Assembly: GCA_048885705.1 (NCBI GenBank)
Contig: JBHLLJ010000002.1
Span: 1,117-65,116 of the forward strand
Direction of reading: 5' to 3'
DNA length: 64,000 nucleotides
DNA from: Candidatus Hermodarchaeota archaeon
GTDB lineage: Archaea > Asgardarchaeota > Lokiarchaeia > Sigyniarchaeales > SOKP01
The translations under genes and the position numbers were made by a program. The notes under the pieces are model-generated. The model searched no databases. It had not been told where the DNA came from and was given only the letters and a program-made list of their open reading frames with translations. Shown piece by piece: positions 54,480-64,000 of this stretch. Every line of letters begins with the position of its first letter. The first letter of the stretch is position 1.

Positions 54480-56876
54480 TTGATGATTTCTATGAAAAGA
54501 GTAGTAATAATAGGTGGTGTTGCAGGAGGTGCTTCTGCTGCTGCTAGATTAAGACGACTGAGAGAAGATTTTGAAATAATTATGTTAGATCGAGGCCCGT
54601 ATGTATCATTTGCTAATTGTGGATTGCCTTACTATGTGGGGAATGTAATCAAAGATCGTGAATCTTTAGAATTAGTGACACCAGAAAAATTTCTCGAGAG
54701 ATTTAATATTGATGTTCGGGTTAATCACGAAGTAATTTCAATTGATAAAGACAAAAAAAATGTTAAAATAAAAGATTTAAAGCAATCTAGCGAATACATT
54801 CTTGAATATGATTATTTAGTCTTAGCGACGGGTTCAAAACCAATAGTGCCTCCACTTCAAGGACTTGAAAATGTTCCCTATTTTACAATATGGACAATTC
54901 CAGATGCTATAAAAATTCGTGATTATGTTGAAAAGTCTCGTATAAAAAAAGTAGTCATTGTTGGAGGTGGATTTATTGGATTAGAAATGGCAGAAAATTT
55001 AGCACAGAAAGGAGTGAAGGTTAAAATTGTTGAAATGCTGGATCAAGTAATGCCACCAATTGATAAGGAAATGGCACAATTTATTCATCAAGAACTAATA
55101 TTAAATGGAATTTGTCTAGTTTTAGAAGACCCTGTTGATTCTTTTGGCAGAAATGATAAAGATAACCCTTTTGTTAAAACAAAAAGTGGTCGAATAATTG
55201 AAACTGAGTTAATTGTTTTATCAATCGGTATTAGACCAGAAAGTAAGCTAGCTAAAGACGCAGATTTGGAATTAAATGAAAGAGGATATGTCATTGTTAA
55301 TAATAAAATGCAAACATCTAATCCAAACATCTATGCCGTAGGTGATATTGTTCAAGTTAATCATTTTCAAACTAAAAAACCAGTATCAATTGCATTAGCA
55401 GGGCCTGCAAATAAACAAGGAAGAATAGCAGCAGATAATATTGCGGGAAGAAATTTTGAATATAAAGGGGTATTAGGCGCATCTGTTGTTAAAGTTTTCG
55501 ATCTAACTGTTGCCTCTGTAGGATTAACTGAAAAACAATTAAAAAATCTAGATTTTAATTATGATAAAATCTATATTCATCCTAATAATCATGCGGGTTA
55601 TTATCCTGGAGCGACGCCAATAACTCTAAAATTAATTTTTGAAGTCCCAAGTGGTAAAATCCTTGGAGCTCAAGCTGTTGGAGGTCTGGGTACAGAAAAA
55701 AGAATTGATATTATCTCAACTGTAATAAAATTTAATGGTACTGTTTTTGATTTGGAAGAACTAGAGTTAACTTACGCACCTCCATACGGATCTGCTAAGG
55801 ACCCTGTTAATATGGCGGGATTTGTTGCATCTAACTATCTTAGAGAAGATATGCCTATTTGGCATTGGCATGATTTCAATAAGATTACTAATAATGGTGC
55901 TATATTATTAGATGTCAGAACTAAAGAAGAATTTTCTGCAAGATCTATTGAAAGTTCAATAAACATACCAATTGAAGAACTTAGAAAGCGATTAGGTGAA
56001 ATATCTAATAATAAACCTATATATGTTTATTGCGAAGTAGGATACAGAAGTTATTTAGCATTAAGAATATTGATGCAAAGCGGATTTGAAGAAGTTTATG
56101 AACTTACTGGGGGTTATAAAATTTATGAAATGGCAAATGCAACCACAGAAGAAATAATGTCTGCGTGCGGTGGATCCGAAAATGTCATCGAAGAATTTGT
56201 ACATGAAAAAGCTATTGAAACTGAAGATTATATAGAAGTTGATGCATGTGGACTTTCATGTCCTGGTCCTTTAAATGCTTTAATTAAAGGACTTGAAACC
56301 TTACCAGAAAATAAGAAATTAAAAGTATACGCAACCGATCCTGGATTCAAATCTAGCGTTAAGGCTTATTCTAAATTGAATGAAGCAGTGAAGTTGTTAT
56401 ATCTGGGAAAAGAAAAGGGAATGTTAGTTGCTACTCTAGAAAAGATAAAACCTATTGAAGTTATAACTCCTGTTAAAAAGAAAACAAGAAAAGAACTAAG
56501 ACCTCCCGATGCTCCTCCAGTTTCAGATATTAGTGCTGATGAGCTGTTTGAACGAATCGGTACCGAAGACGAACCATCTCTTATGATTGATGTTCGAACA
56601 CCCCAAGAATATCATAGTCCCCATGGTCATATCAAAAAATCTAGATTAATTCCTTTAGGAGAGCTATTAAGTAATCCAGATATCATTAAAGAGTATAAAG
56701 ATGAAGAAATTATCTCAATTTGCCACTCAGGTTCCCGCTCTATGATGGCAGCTCAAATTTTAGCACAGGCAGGATTTAAAGATATCCGAAATTTGACAGG
56801 TGGTATGATGATGTGGCACAGGAAAGGTTTTCCAGTTGAACGGGAAAAACCAGAAATGACAGGTACTTATTATTAA
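54480..56876 (+). CDS. CoA-disulfide/persulfide reductase-like flavoprotein fused to rhodanese, TusA-like and rhodanese domains
   Basis: 798 aa. FAD motif VVIIGGVAGGASAA, redox Cys in SFANCGLPYY, rhodanese 1 active site YCEVGYRS, TusA-like DACGLSCPGP and rhodanese 2 ICHSGSRS. The ATGs at 54483 and 54492 are alternative starts. Confidence 0.8.
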   Translation: MMISMKRVVIIGGVAGGASAAARLRRLREDFEIIMLDRGPYVSFANCGLPYYVGNVIKDRESLELVTPEKFLERFNIDVRVNHEVISIDKDKKNVKIKDLKQSSEYILEYDYLVLATGSKPIVPPLQGLENVPYFTIWTIPDAIKIRDYVEKSRIKKVVIVGGGFIGLEMAENLAQKGVKVKIVEMLDQVMPPIDKEMAQFIHQELILNGICLVLEDPVDSFGRNDKDNPFVKTKSGRIIETELIVLSIGIRPESKLAKDADLELNERGYVIVNNKMQTSNPNIYAVGDIVQVNHFQTKKPVSIALAGPANKQGRIAADNIAGRNFEYKGVLGASVVKVFDLTVASVGLTEKQLKNLDFNYDKIYIHPNNHAGYYPGATPITLKLIFEVPSGKILGAQAVGGLGTEKRIDIISTVIKFNGTVFDLEELELTYAPPYGSAKDPVNMAGFVASNYLREDMPIWHWHDFNKITNNGAILLDVRTKEEFSARSIESSINIPIEELRKRLGEISNNKPIYVYCEVGYRSYLALRILMQSGFEEVYELTGGYKIYEMANATTEEIMSACGGSENVIEEFVHEKAIETEDYIEVDACGLSCPGPLNALIKGLETLPENKKLKVYATDPGFKSSVKAYSKLNEAVKLLYLGKEKGMLVATLEKIKPIEVITPVKKKTRKELRPPDAPPVSDISADELFERIGTEDEPSLMIDVRTPQEYHSPHGHIKKSRLIPLGELLSNPDIIKEYKDEEIISICHSGSRSMMAAQILAQAGFKDIRNLTGGMMMWHRKGFPVEREKPEMTGTYY

Positions 56877-57001
56877 ATGAATTATTTACCAATTTTCTTT
56901 AAATTATAAGTAAAAAAGTTATAATTAAGGCGAAATAATTTAAATCCAAAGATATTCATATATAACGAATTTCCAATTTATAAAATGGAGGTTAAAAAAC
57001 T

Positions 57002-57592
57002 ATGAAAGAAACCGCTAAAAAATTATATACTGCATACGTTGGTGAATCTCAAGCGAGAAATAGGTATAATTACTTCTCCAAGGCAGCCAAAAGTGAAGGA
57101 TATGTACTAATATCGAAAATTTTTGATGAAACGTCAGATCAAGAGAAGGAACATGGAAGTTGGTTCTATAAGATGCTTCAACAATTTAAAAAAGAAGAAA
57201 AATTTGATGAAATGAAAGTGTTACCTGATGCACAATTTCCCACAACTCTAGGGAATACAATTGAAAACTTAAAATCAGCAATAGCGGGAGAAAACATGGA
57301 ATGGCAAACCCTTTATCCCGATATTGTAAAGACTGCTGAAAAAGAAGGTTATCCGGATATTGCCAAACGAGTTAACGCCATTATAAAAGCTGAAAAACAT
57401 CACTCTGAGAGATATGGTAAACTTCTTAAATTAGTTGGTGACGATGCTTTCTTTAAACGTGGAAAGAAGGTTGTATGGGTTTGTATGGAATGTGGTTATG
57501 AAGTAGAAATGGAATCATTACCTAAAGACTTCAAATGCCCATCATGTGACCATCCACGTGCATACTATAGAATGAAATGTGAAGAATTCTAG
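57002..57592 (+). CDS. rbr: Rubrerythrin
   Basis: 196 aa. It has a ferritin-like diiron domain (YVGESQARNRY, EKEH, EKHH) and a C-terminal rubredoxin-like CMECG...CPSC. GGAGG lies upstream. Confidence 0.85.
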   Translation: MKETAKKLYTAYVGESQARNRYNYFSKAAKSEGYVLISKIFDETSDQEKEHGSWFYKMLQQFKKEEKFDEMKVLPDAQFPTTLGNTIENLKSAIAGENMEWQTLYPDIVKTAEKEGYPDIAKRVNAIIKAEKHHSERYGKLLKLVGDDAFFKRGKKVVWVCMECGYEVEMESLPKDFKCPSCDHPRAYYRMKCEEF

Positions 57593-57674
57593 ACAAGATT
57601 TTTAATTTGAAATCAAAATTTTTAAAAATTAAATTATATAAATAAAAAACAAAAATAGAATACGTGAAATAAAC

Positions 57675-58064
57675 ATGAAGCAAAAAGAAATATATAGATG
57701 TAGCATTTGCGGTAAAGTAATTGAAATTTTACATCCCGCAACTCCAGAAACCAATTGTTGCGGAGAACCAATGAAATTGATGAAAGAACAAACTGAAGAT
57801 TGGAAGAAAGAGAAACACGTTCCCAAAATTACTGTTGATGGTAATAAAGTTACTGTGGATGTAGGAATCTCGATGGGAACGCCCCATCCTATGACTAATG
57901 AGCATTATATAATGTGGATTGAAATAATATGTAAAGATGGTTGCTACGAGAGAAGATTCTTAAAGCCTGGTATGGAACCAAAAGCAACTTTTACTGTTGC
58001 TAAACCAGAGGGTCTCTGGGCTCGAGAATATTGTAATTTACACTTTTTATGGAAAAGTACCTAA
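57675..58064 (+). CDS. dfx: Desulfoferrodoxin (2Fe superoxide reductase)
   Basis: 129 aa with the desulforedoxin N-domain YRCSICGKVIEILH...CCGEPM, then EKHVPKI, HPMTNEHYIMWIE and YCNLHFLW. Confidence 0.85.
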   Translation: MKQKEIYRCSICGKVIEILHPATPETNCCGEPMKLMKEQTEDWKKEKHVPKITVDGNKVTVDVGISMGTPHPMTNEHYIMWIEIICKDGCYERRFLKPGMEPKATFTVAKPEGLWAREYCNLHFLWKST

Positions 58065-58184
58065 GTCTGAATTTAATAAAATTTCTTTTTTTTATTTTTT
58101 TTTTGTTTTAAACAATGAACAAGCTATTTTAATATGAAGGTTTAATTCAACACATTTAATTTGCTTTTAGACGTTACATAAAAT

Positions 58185-58922
58185 ATGAATAAAAATTCAG
58201 ATAATATTGACTTAGAAAAGAATGATTTAATCAATCCTACATGCTTTAAGTGTGATAGTGCTATTCATTGCGCGAAAAGTAAGCCAAATAAATCGATTGG
58301 AAACTGTCCTATGATTATAAGCTCTGAAATTACAAAAGAAGCAAAGAAGATATATGAATCAGACGAGTTTGTAAAAAATTCTACAAAAGTGGCATCTATA
58401 GTAGAAGCTCAAGGATATATTCACTGGCCTCGTCTGAAAGATACAATTGAGTATGCAAAAGGTATGAAATATACAAAATTAGGAATCGCCTCATGTGTAG
58501 GATTACAGAAAGAAGCAGAAATGACTGCAGAAATATTAGAAAAATACGCATTTAAGGTATTTTCTGTTTGTTGTAAGACAGGAGCAATTCCAAAGACTAG
58601 TGTTGGGGTTCCAAAAGAATTTACGATGATATCTAAAACAGGATATCCAATTGGATTTGTAACATGTAATCCTGTAGCCCAAGCATTATTATTGAATAAA
58701 GCGAAAACTGATATGAACATAATAATAGGTCTATGTGTGGGACATGATATTACTTTTACTCATTTGTCAGAAGCACCGGTAACTACTTTCATTGCGAAGG
58801 ATAGATCAAATCCGCACAATCCAGCCGCTGTATTATATACACACTACGGAAAGTCTTTTTTTGAAGTAGATCTAAGAAATCAAGTCAACACAAAACAACA
58901 CAAAGCACATAAAAACTTATAA
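58185..58922 (+). CDS. Cys-rich metal-binding protein, DUF1847-like
   Basis: 245 aa with CFKCDSAIHC...GNCP, LGIASCVGL, SVCCKTG and GLCVGHD. The family assignment is from memory of the motif pattern. Confidence 0.45.
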   Translation: MNKNSDNIDLEKNDLINPTCFKCDSAIHCAKSKPNKSIGNCPMIISSEITKEAKKIYESDEFVKNSTKVASIVEAQGYIHWPRLKDTIEYAKGMKYTKLGIASCVGLQKEAEMTAEILEKYAFKVFSVCCKTGAIPKTSVGVPKEFTMISKTGYPIGFVTCNPVAQALLLNKAKTDMNIIIGLCVGHDITFTHLSEAPVTTFIAKDRSNPHNPAAVLYTHYGKSFFEVDLRNQVNTKQHKAHKNL

Positions 58923-58956
58923 ATTAAATACTCAAGGGAGGATATTAATTATAATC

Positions 58957-59413
58957 CTATTTGTATTCGTATAAGTAAAAGTTTTCTCCCTCTTTTAATA
59001 GGTATTTAATTTCATTCTTTTTAACAAATATTTGCAATAAATCCTCTATATTGTTCCTATTGACATCAATTTGATTATCTTCATATATCCGATTCAATAA
59101 AGCATTAACAGTAAAAGCCTTTCCTTCATTTTTCTTTAAGTTATCAATAAGATTATTGACAATTTCACTTTCTGTCTTTTCTTGTTCAATCGAATAATCA
59201 AATTCTTTCTTTTCTCGAAAACGATCAATTATACGGAGTATCATCCCTATTAGGAATATTAAAGCCCCAAGAATAATGGCTCGATATAATGTCCTCAAAA
59301 ATGGAAAAGGTACATTTATTCCGTAAAAAAAGGCAAAAAGCTACGATTGCTGGTAAGATAATTGAACCTCCTATTATAGTTAATATCATCCCTATTAGAT
59401 CTAATCGCCTCAT
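58957..59413 (-). CDS. Small membrane protein split over two overlapping frames (possible +1 shift at a T-tract)
   Basis: ORF1 (59413..59225) encodes MRRLDLIGMILTIIGGSIILPAIVAFCLF... ORF2's frame opens right after a TAG. It reads LFAFFYGINVPFPFLRTLYRAIILGALIFLIGMIL..., followed by an 80-aa soluble tail. The two frames cross at T5 and T7 runs (59327-59339). Confidence 0.35.
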
Positions 59414-59604
59414 TGTAAGCTCAATTCTTAAAATGTTTTTAATCTATTAATTGGATTATTTTGTCGTAATAAGAAAACAATCATATAAAATTAATAGATG
59501 GGTGGTTAAATTTTAGTTGTATATTTTATAATAATGAAATTTTAAGCTATTAAAAAACAATTATTAATATCATTATGAACAAAAAGTAAACTTGAAAACA
59601 AACT

Positions 59605-60960
59605 ATGATCTTCTTTTTACAATTGTTTATAATTTTCTGCTTTAGTATCGTTATAATTGCACTTTTTCGTGAAAAAACAGATTTTCTAACATATAGTGTG
59701 TTGGCAATGCTAGCTGCGGCTACAGCAACGTTCCTTTTCTCACCAACACCTATTTCTATTGATGAGTTCATTTTAGCAATAGATTGGCCTGTTATTTTTT
59801 TTTTAATATCTGTTTTCACAATAGTAGTAATATTAGAAGAACAATTGATTTTTCAAGAAATAGCATCTAGAATAACAAAAAAATTCCATACAAATACCCG
59901 GAGGTTCTTCTGGGTGATCTGTTTAATTTCTACTTTAAGTGCTGCTTTTATTGAAGATATTTCAGTTGCTGTTATCTTTATACCGATGATTATAATAACA
60001 AGTGAAAAAATGAAAATTAATCCTACTCCGATACTATTGGGAATGACAATTTGTATAAATCTCGCTGCAACCCTAACTCCTTTTGGTTCAGCACAAAACA
60101 TTTTAATAGCGAGTAGATTTACACTTTCAACAACTTGGTTTTTCGCAAGTCTTTCAATTTATTTTATTATTGCTACTTTTCTAACTTTATCTCTTTTAGA
60201 TCATTTTATTCTTAAAAAAAACTTAAAGGAGATTTGGATACCTCATTGTACTGAATTTGATGAATCTTTAGAAATCGAGCATATTGAGGAACATGAATTA
60301 ATAATTTTAGAAGAATCTATAAACCCTAAAGTATTTTATCGCAATTTAGGAGCATTATTCCTTTTCTTCTTTATGTTAATTATTATACCTGATATTCTTT
60401 TTGTAGGGCTTCTCGGAATGCTTTTATTTGTATTTATTAATCCTAGGAGAAGTGCATCGGGAAGGAAAAAACCTGATATTTCTTATTACTTCAAAAAAGT
60501 TGATTTCAAATTGCCATTCTTCTTTATAAGTTTGTTTGTGTTGGTATTTTGTTTTGAAAAAGTGGGCATTATTGCTATCATTGAAGATTTTGTGGTTGCT
60601 ATAGCGCCAGCGAATATATTGTTATTGTGTGTATTAATATTGATTTTATCATCTATTCTTTCAGCATTTCTAGATAATGTGCCTGTTACAGTGCTTTTTG
60701 TACCAATAATTCAAGTTTTGATAAGTACTGGTTTCTCATCAGTCCCTCTGTTAATTGCATTTATTTTGGGCATAAATTTAGGAGGAAATTTTTTACCTCA
60801 AGGAAGCGCTGCTGATATGATGACATTAGAACTATCAACAAAATATTGCGTTGATGGTATGAACTATAAGAAATTGTTAAAGGTTGGCGGACTTTTTGCT
60901 GCATTACATATTATTCTTGGAATAATATATCTTGCTGTTATAATTTTCATATTTTTTTGA
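59605..60960 (+). CDS. ArsB/NhaD/CitMHS-superfamily permease
   Basis: 451-aa polytopic protein with two halves separated by a hydrophilic loop. SAFLDNVPVTVLFVPI is typical of this superfamily. Confidence 0.55.
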   Translation: MIFFLQLFIIFCFSIVIIALFREKTDFLTYSVLAMLAAATATFLFSPTPISIDEFILAIDWPVIFFLISVFTIVVILEEQLIFQEIASRITKKFHTNTRRFFWVICLISTLSAAFIEDISVAVIFIPMIIITSEKMKINPTPILLGMTICINLAATLTPFGSAQNILIASRFTLSTTWFFASLSIYFIIATFLTLSLLDHFILKKNLKEIWIPHCTEFDESLEIEHIEEHELIILEESINPKVFYRNLGALFLFFFMLIIIPDILFVGLLGMLLFVFINPRRSASGRKKPDISYYFKKVDFKLPFFFISLFVLVFCFEKVGIIAIIEDFVVAIAPANILLLCVLILILSSILSAFLDNVPVTVLFVPIIQVLISTGFSSVPLLIAFILGINLGGNFLPQGSAADMMTLELSTKYCVDGMNYKKLLKVGGLFAALHIILGIIYLAVIIFIFF

Positions 60961-60972
60961 AGGAGGTATTAT

Positions 60973-61518
60973 ATGAAAAAAAGTAAAGCAATCATATTGG
61001 ATAGAGATGGCACTTTAATTGAGGATAAAAATTATGCTTATAAAGTAAAAGATTTTGAATTACTAGAAGGTGTGATTGAAGGATTAAAATTACTCCAAAA
61101 AGACTTTCTCTTTTTTATAGTGACAAATCAATCAGGAATAGGGAGAGGATATTATACAATACAAGATTTTCAAAAGTTCAACGATCATCTAATAAGTATC
61201 TTGAAAAAGCAAGAAATCCAAATTTTAAAAACTTACTTCTGTCCTCATTTAAGAGAGGTAAATTGTGATTGTAGGAAACCCAAAACTAAATTTATTGAGG
61301 ATATCATTAGGGATTTTAATATTGATATTAAAAGATCGTGGATGATTGGCGATCACCCTTCAGATATACAATTTGGGATAAACGGAGGTTGTAGAACAAT
61401 TTTTCTTACAACTGGGCATGGTGATAAACATTTAGACGAATTAGAATCTCTTGGAATAAAGCCTACTCTAATTTGTAATAATTTTTTAGAAGCAGCGAAA
61501 GAAATTTTGAAAAGTTAA
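60973..61518 (+). CDS. HAD-IIIA phosphatase (GmhB / histidinol-phosphatase family)
   Basis: 181 aa with ILDRDGTL, VTNQSGIGRGYY, CPH...CDCRKPK and IGDHPSD. AAGGAGG lies upstream. Confidence 0.75.
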   Translation: MKKSKAIILDRDGTLIEDKNYAYKVKDFELLEGVIEGLKLLQKDFLFFIVTNQSGIGRGYYTIQDFQKFNDHLISILKKQEIQILKTYFCPHLREVNCDCRKPKTKFIEDIIRDFNIDIKRSWMIGDHPSDIQFGINGGCRTIFLTTGHGDKHLDELESLGIKPTLICNNFLEAAKEILKS

Positions 61519-61604
61519 TGATTCTTAAATGGTATAAGGGTTCATTATAAAAGTATGATAAAACATTAATCTAGTATAATTAGATATAAGAATAGATATA
61601 AACT

Positions 61605-62105
61605 ATGTCCTTATTCTTTAAAAAAATAAATAATGCTGATTTGTGGAACAAAATTCAAAAATTAAGGGATCTTATTAAGTTGGAAAACAATTTTAAGGAA
61701 AGGACATGTTGGAATTGTGCCAAAGAACTTAACATTTATGATTTCTTAAGTGATAATGTTAATTTTACTCCCGAATATATTTTAAGATTATGGCAAGCAC
61801 CCATTTTGGAATTTCACTGTTGTGATTGTTTTCGATACCTTAAGATTCATGAATTAAAGAAAATTGAGAAAGAGTTAAAAGAACGAAATTGTTTATATTG
61901 CGAAACTCCTATAGATATCTATAAATTTAGCAAATTTAACAGTTATTTGAAAATTTTTGAGCTAAAAAGCCTCTGGTTAGACTCAAATTTTAAAATATTT
62001 TGTGATAACTTATGTCAACGTAAATATTATAAAACCTATTATGATTTTCTTAGAAAAAGTAAACTGAAAAAGCAGAACCGATTAATAAATAAAAATAAAG
62101 AATAA
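61605..62105 (+). CDS. Cys-rich (multi zinc-ribbon-like) hypothetical protein
   Basis: 166 aa with repeated C-x2-C pairs: CWNC, CCDC, CLYC, CDNLC. Confidence 0.4.
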   Translation: MSLFFKKINNADLWNKIQKLRDLIKLENNFKERTCWNCAKELNIYDFLSDNVNFTPEYILRLWQAPILEFHCCDCFRYLKIHELKKIEKELKERNCLYCETPIDIYKFSKFNSYLKIFELKSLWLDSNFKIFCDNLCQRKYYKTYYDFLRKSKLKKQNRLINKNKE

Positions 62106-62125
62106 AAAAACATAAAATAATAGTT

Positions 62126-63304
62126 TTATTTTCTCTTTTTGCCTAAAAATGGCATTGCATGTTCATATCTTTTCATTGCAAAACGAGAGATAACAATTCT
62201 TTGAATTTCACTTGTTCCTTCATATATTTGGTATAATTTTGCATCCCTAAATAGTTTCTCAACGGGATATGTCCTTAGATAGCCATATCCTCCAAAAATT
62301 TGTACTGCTTCTGTTGTGACATTCATTGCAACATCTGAAGCAAAAGCTTTAGCTATTGAAGAACTCAAATTATTATCCATACCTTGATCAGCTTCCCAAG
62401 CAGCTTTATATGTTAATAACCGTGCAGCTTCAATATCTTTATACATATTAGCTATTTTTTCTTGAATTACTTGATAATTTCCAATTGGTCTTCCAAAAGC
62501 TTCTCTTTTTTGAGCATAATCAATAGAGTACTCCATTGCAGAACGAGCACAACCAACGGCAAAAGCACCAATTGCGGGACGTGTGTGAGCAAAAGTTTGC
62601 ATAGCTAAAACAAATCCTCTTCCTGGTTTAGCAAGAACATTTTCCTTAGGAATTCTTACATCATTTAAACCAACTGATATTGTGTTTGATGATCTCTGAC
62701 CTAATTTGGGGATATGTTTACCCAATTTTACGCCTTCACTTTTAGTATCTACGATAAATGCTGCTATTCCTTTGTGCTTTTTCTCAGGATCTATTGTTGC
62801 AAATACCGTTATGTAATCCGAGTATCCTCCATTAGTAATCCAGAATTTATTTCCATTTAAAATATATTCTTCTCCGTCTTTTTGTGCCATGCATTTCATC
62901 CCTGCAACGTCAGAACCCATCGTTGGTTCAGATGTGGCAAATGCGATTAACTTAAAATCATTAACTAATTCAGTTAAAATCCTCTGCTTTTGTTCTTCAT
63001 TTCCTCCAATAACAATTGGTTCAGCACCAAGATTATTATCAAAAATAGAAGTAGCAATACCAGGACAAGCTGAAGATATCTCCTCAACAACAATACAAGA
63101 GCTTAATAAACCATAACCTGGACCTCCATATTCTTTTGGGATCCCTAAATTCAATAATCCTTCTTCCCATGCTTTTTTTATAACTGGTAGAGGAAATTCT
63201 TCAGATTCATCATATTTTCTCGCAACAGGTAAAACTTCACTTACAGCAAATTCTCTTGCTTTTTTCTGTAAACTTTTTTGCTCTTCAGTTAACGCGAAAT
63301 CCAT
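62126..63304 (-). CDS. Acyl-CoA dehydrogenase (short-chain/butyryl-CoA type)
   Basis: 392 aa starting MDFALTEEQ. It has the FAD/substrate motifs TEPTMGSD and WITNGG, with the catalytic-base region YEGTSEIQ. Confidence 0.85.
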   Translation of the reverse strand: MDFALTEEQKSLQKKAREFAVSEVLPVARKYDESEEFPLPVIKKAWEEGLLNLGIPKEYGGPGYGLLSSCIVVEEISSACPGIATSIFDNNLGAEPIVIGGNEEQKQRILTELVNDFKLIAFATSEPTMGSDVAGMKCMAQKDGEEYILNGNKFWITNGGYSDYITVFATIDPEKKHKGIAAFIVDTKSEGVKLGKHIPKLGQRSSNTISVGLNDVRIPKENVLAKPGRGFVLAMQTFAHTRPAIGAFAVGCARSAMEYSIDYAQKREAFGRPIGNYQVIQEKIANMYKDIEAARLLTYKAAWEADQGMDNNLSSSIAKAFASDVAMNVTTEAVQIFGGYGYLRTYPVEKLFRDAKLYQIYEGTSEIQRIVISRFAMKRYEHAMPFLGKKRK

Positions 63305-63319
63305 TTTAATACACTCTTT

Positions 63320-64000
63320 TTAACCCATTTTTTTAATTAATTTGTCTACAATTTCTTTGAAATCTAAATCCTCTGGCTTCGGCACAAATCTAATCTCTAT
63401 AGTTTCCTCCATTACATCAATTTTAGCAGCCTTCAAGAATTCAACAATTTCTTTCACAGCCCCTCCGCCCCAACCATAGGAACCAAAAGCCAATCCAACC
63501 TTATTCATTGGCTTTAATCCCTTTTGGTATGATAAATATTCTGCTACTGTTGGGAATAATCCATTATTGAGAGTAGGGCTTCCAACTAATATCGCTTTTG
63601 CTTTCATTGCTTCTGTAATCACATCTGAATAATTAGCATTGTTTAATCGATATCTTTTTACGGGAATGCCTCGATGCTTAATTTCTTGAGTTAAGGCTTT
63701 AGCGATTTTTGCAGTACTGTCCCACATTGTGTCATATATGATAATCACACTATTCTCATCAATTTCTCCTTTACTCCATTTAGTATATCTATCTAATATT
63801 TCAGAAATATATTTTCTCCAACAAATTCCATGAGAAGGACATATAATTTCAATTGGTAATGCACCAACTTTAGGTATCGCTTTTGCTATTAACCCTGAAA
63901 GGTGGAGTAAGATGTTAGCATAATACTTTTCTGCTTCTTGGAAGATTTCAGCAATATCATTTTCATCATCCCAGCGTTTTGATGCTGCGTAATGTTGCCC
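63320..64000 (-). CDS. fprA: Flavodiiron protein (FprA-type), 5' part outside the window
   Basis: The track ORF (63320..63748, GTG) is only the flavodoxin domain. The frame continues open to the window edge. It encodes GQHYAASKRWDDE...ICPSHGICWRKYISEILDRYTKWSKGE, the end of the beta-lactamase-like diiron domain. Confidence 0.75.
   Translation of the reverse strand, partial: GQHYAASKRWDDENDIAEIFQEAEKYYANILLHLSGLIAKAIPKVGALPIEIICPSHGICWRKYISEILDRYTKWSKGEIDENSVIIIYDTMWDSTAKIAKALTQEIKHRGIPVKRYRLNNANYSDVITEAMKAKAILVGSPTLNNGLFPTVAEYLSYQKGLKPMNKVGLAFGSYGWGGGAVKEIVEFLKAAKIDVMEETIEIRFVPKPEDLDFKEIVDKLIKKMG

Noticed and set aside
1-64000. CRISPR arrays, rRNA genes, prophage or IS elements
   Set aside because: I saw no regularly spaced direct repeats, no rRNA-like G+C-rich blocks, and no transposase, integrase or capsid-like ORFs on either strand.

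Overview
Visibly AT-rich archaeal chromosomal segment: about 72 protein genes and one intron-containing tRNA. I saw no rRNA, no CRISPR array, and no recognisable transposase or integrase.

Gene content:
- The left third is the conserved archaeal information-processing neighbourhood: Nep1-Rpp21-YhbY on the minus strand; eS19, PDCD5-like, eL39, eL31, aIF6, LX, prefoldin alpha, FtsY and SecE on the plus strand; then DnaG, ArsA/Get3, AhcY, ArcS-RaSEA and Gar1-TFB.
- The middle holds two Roadblock/LC7 paralogues plus a longin-like ORF, an ECF Co/Ni transporter, ABC exporters, two tandem-Lrp regulators, TrmY, a CDP-alcohol phosphatidyltransferase, eS26, and several large uncharacterised PIN/TPR/helical proteins. 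It also holds ACD-alpha, an orphan CdhE, a C25-like peptidase, a ThiS-like Ubl, RNase Z and a MacB-type ABC pair.
- The right end holds a corrinoid protein, a sulfur-trafficking cluster (TusA, NifS, IscU fusion, HdrD-like, CoADR-rhodanese-TusA-rhodanese) and O2-detoxification genes (rubrerythrin, desulfoferrodoxin, FprA).
- eS26 together with Roadblock/longin-type proteins and Wood-Ljungdahl/corrinoid genes suggests a TACK/Asgard (Loki-like) anaerobe. This is inference only.

Main hunt results:
1. Five genes have an open, partly family-defining N-terminus upstream of any ATG/GTG/TTG. Each has an ATT or ATA at the homology-expected start, and three of the five are preceded by a GGAG(G)- or GGTGA-type Shine-Dalgarno-like motif. 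One of them, eS26, is missing from the ORF track.
2. A roughly 150-nt three-helix RNA-like element sits upstream of the corrinoid protein gene, with a TATA box at about -27 and a T7 tract directly after it.
3. tRNA-Gly(UCC) carries a 33-nt intron inside the T-loop.
4. A G+C-elevated 360-bp region without a canonical ORF lies inside the Roadblock/longin cluster.
5. Unusual protein architectures: eL31 with a ~69-aa acidic N-terminal extension, IscU fused to a degenerate TrxR-like domain, and a ThiS-like protein ending GG-I.

All function calls rest on by-eye motif recognition. No database search was run.
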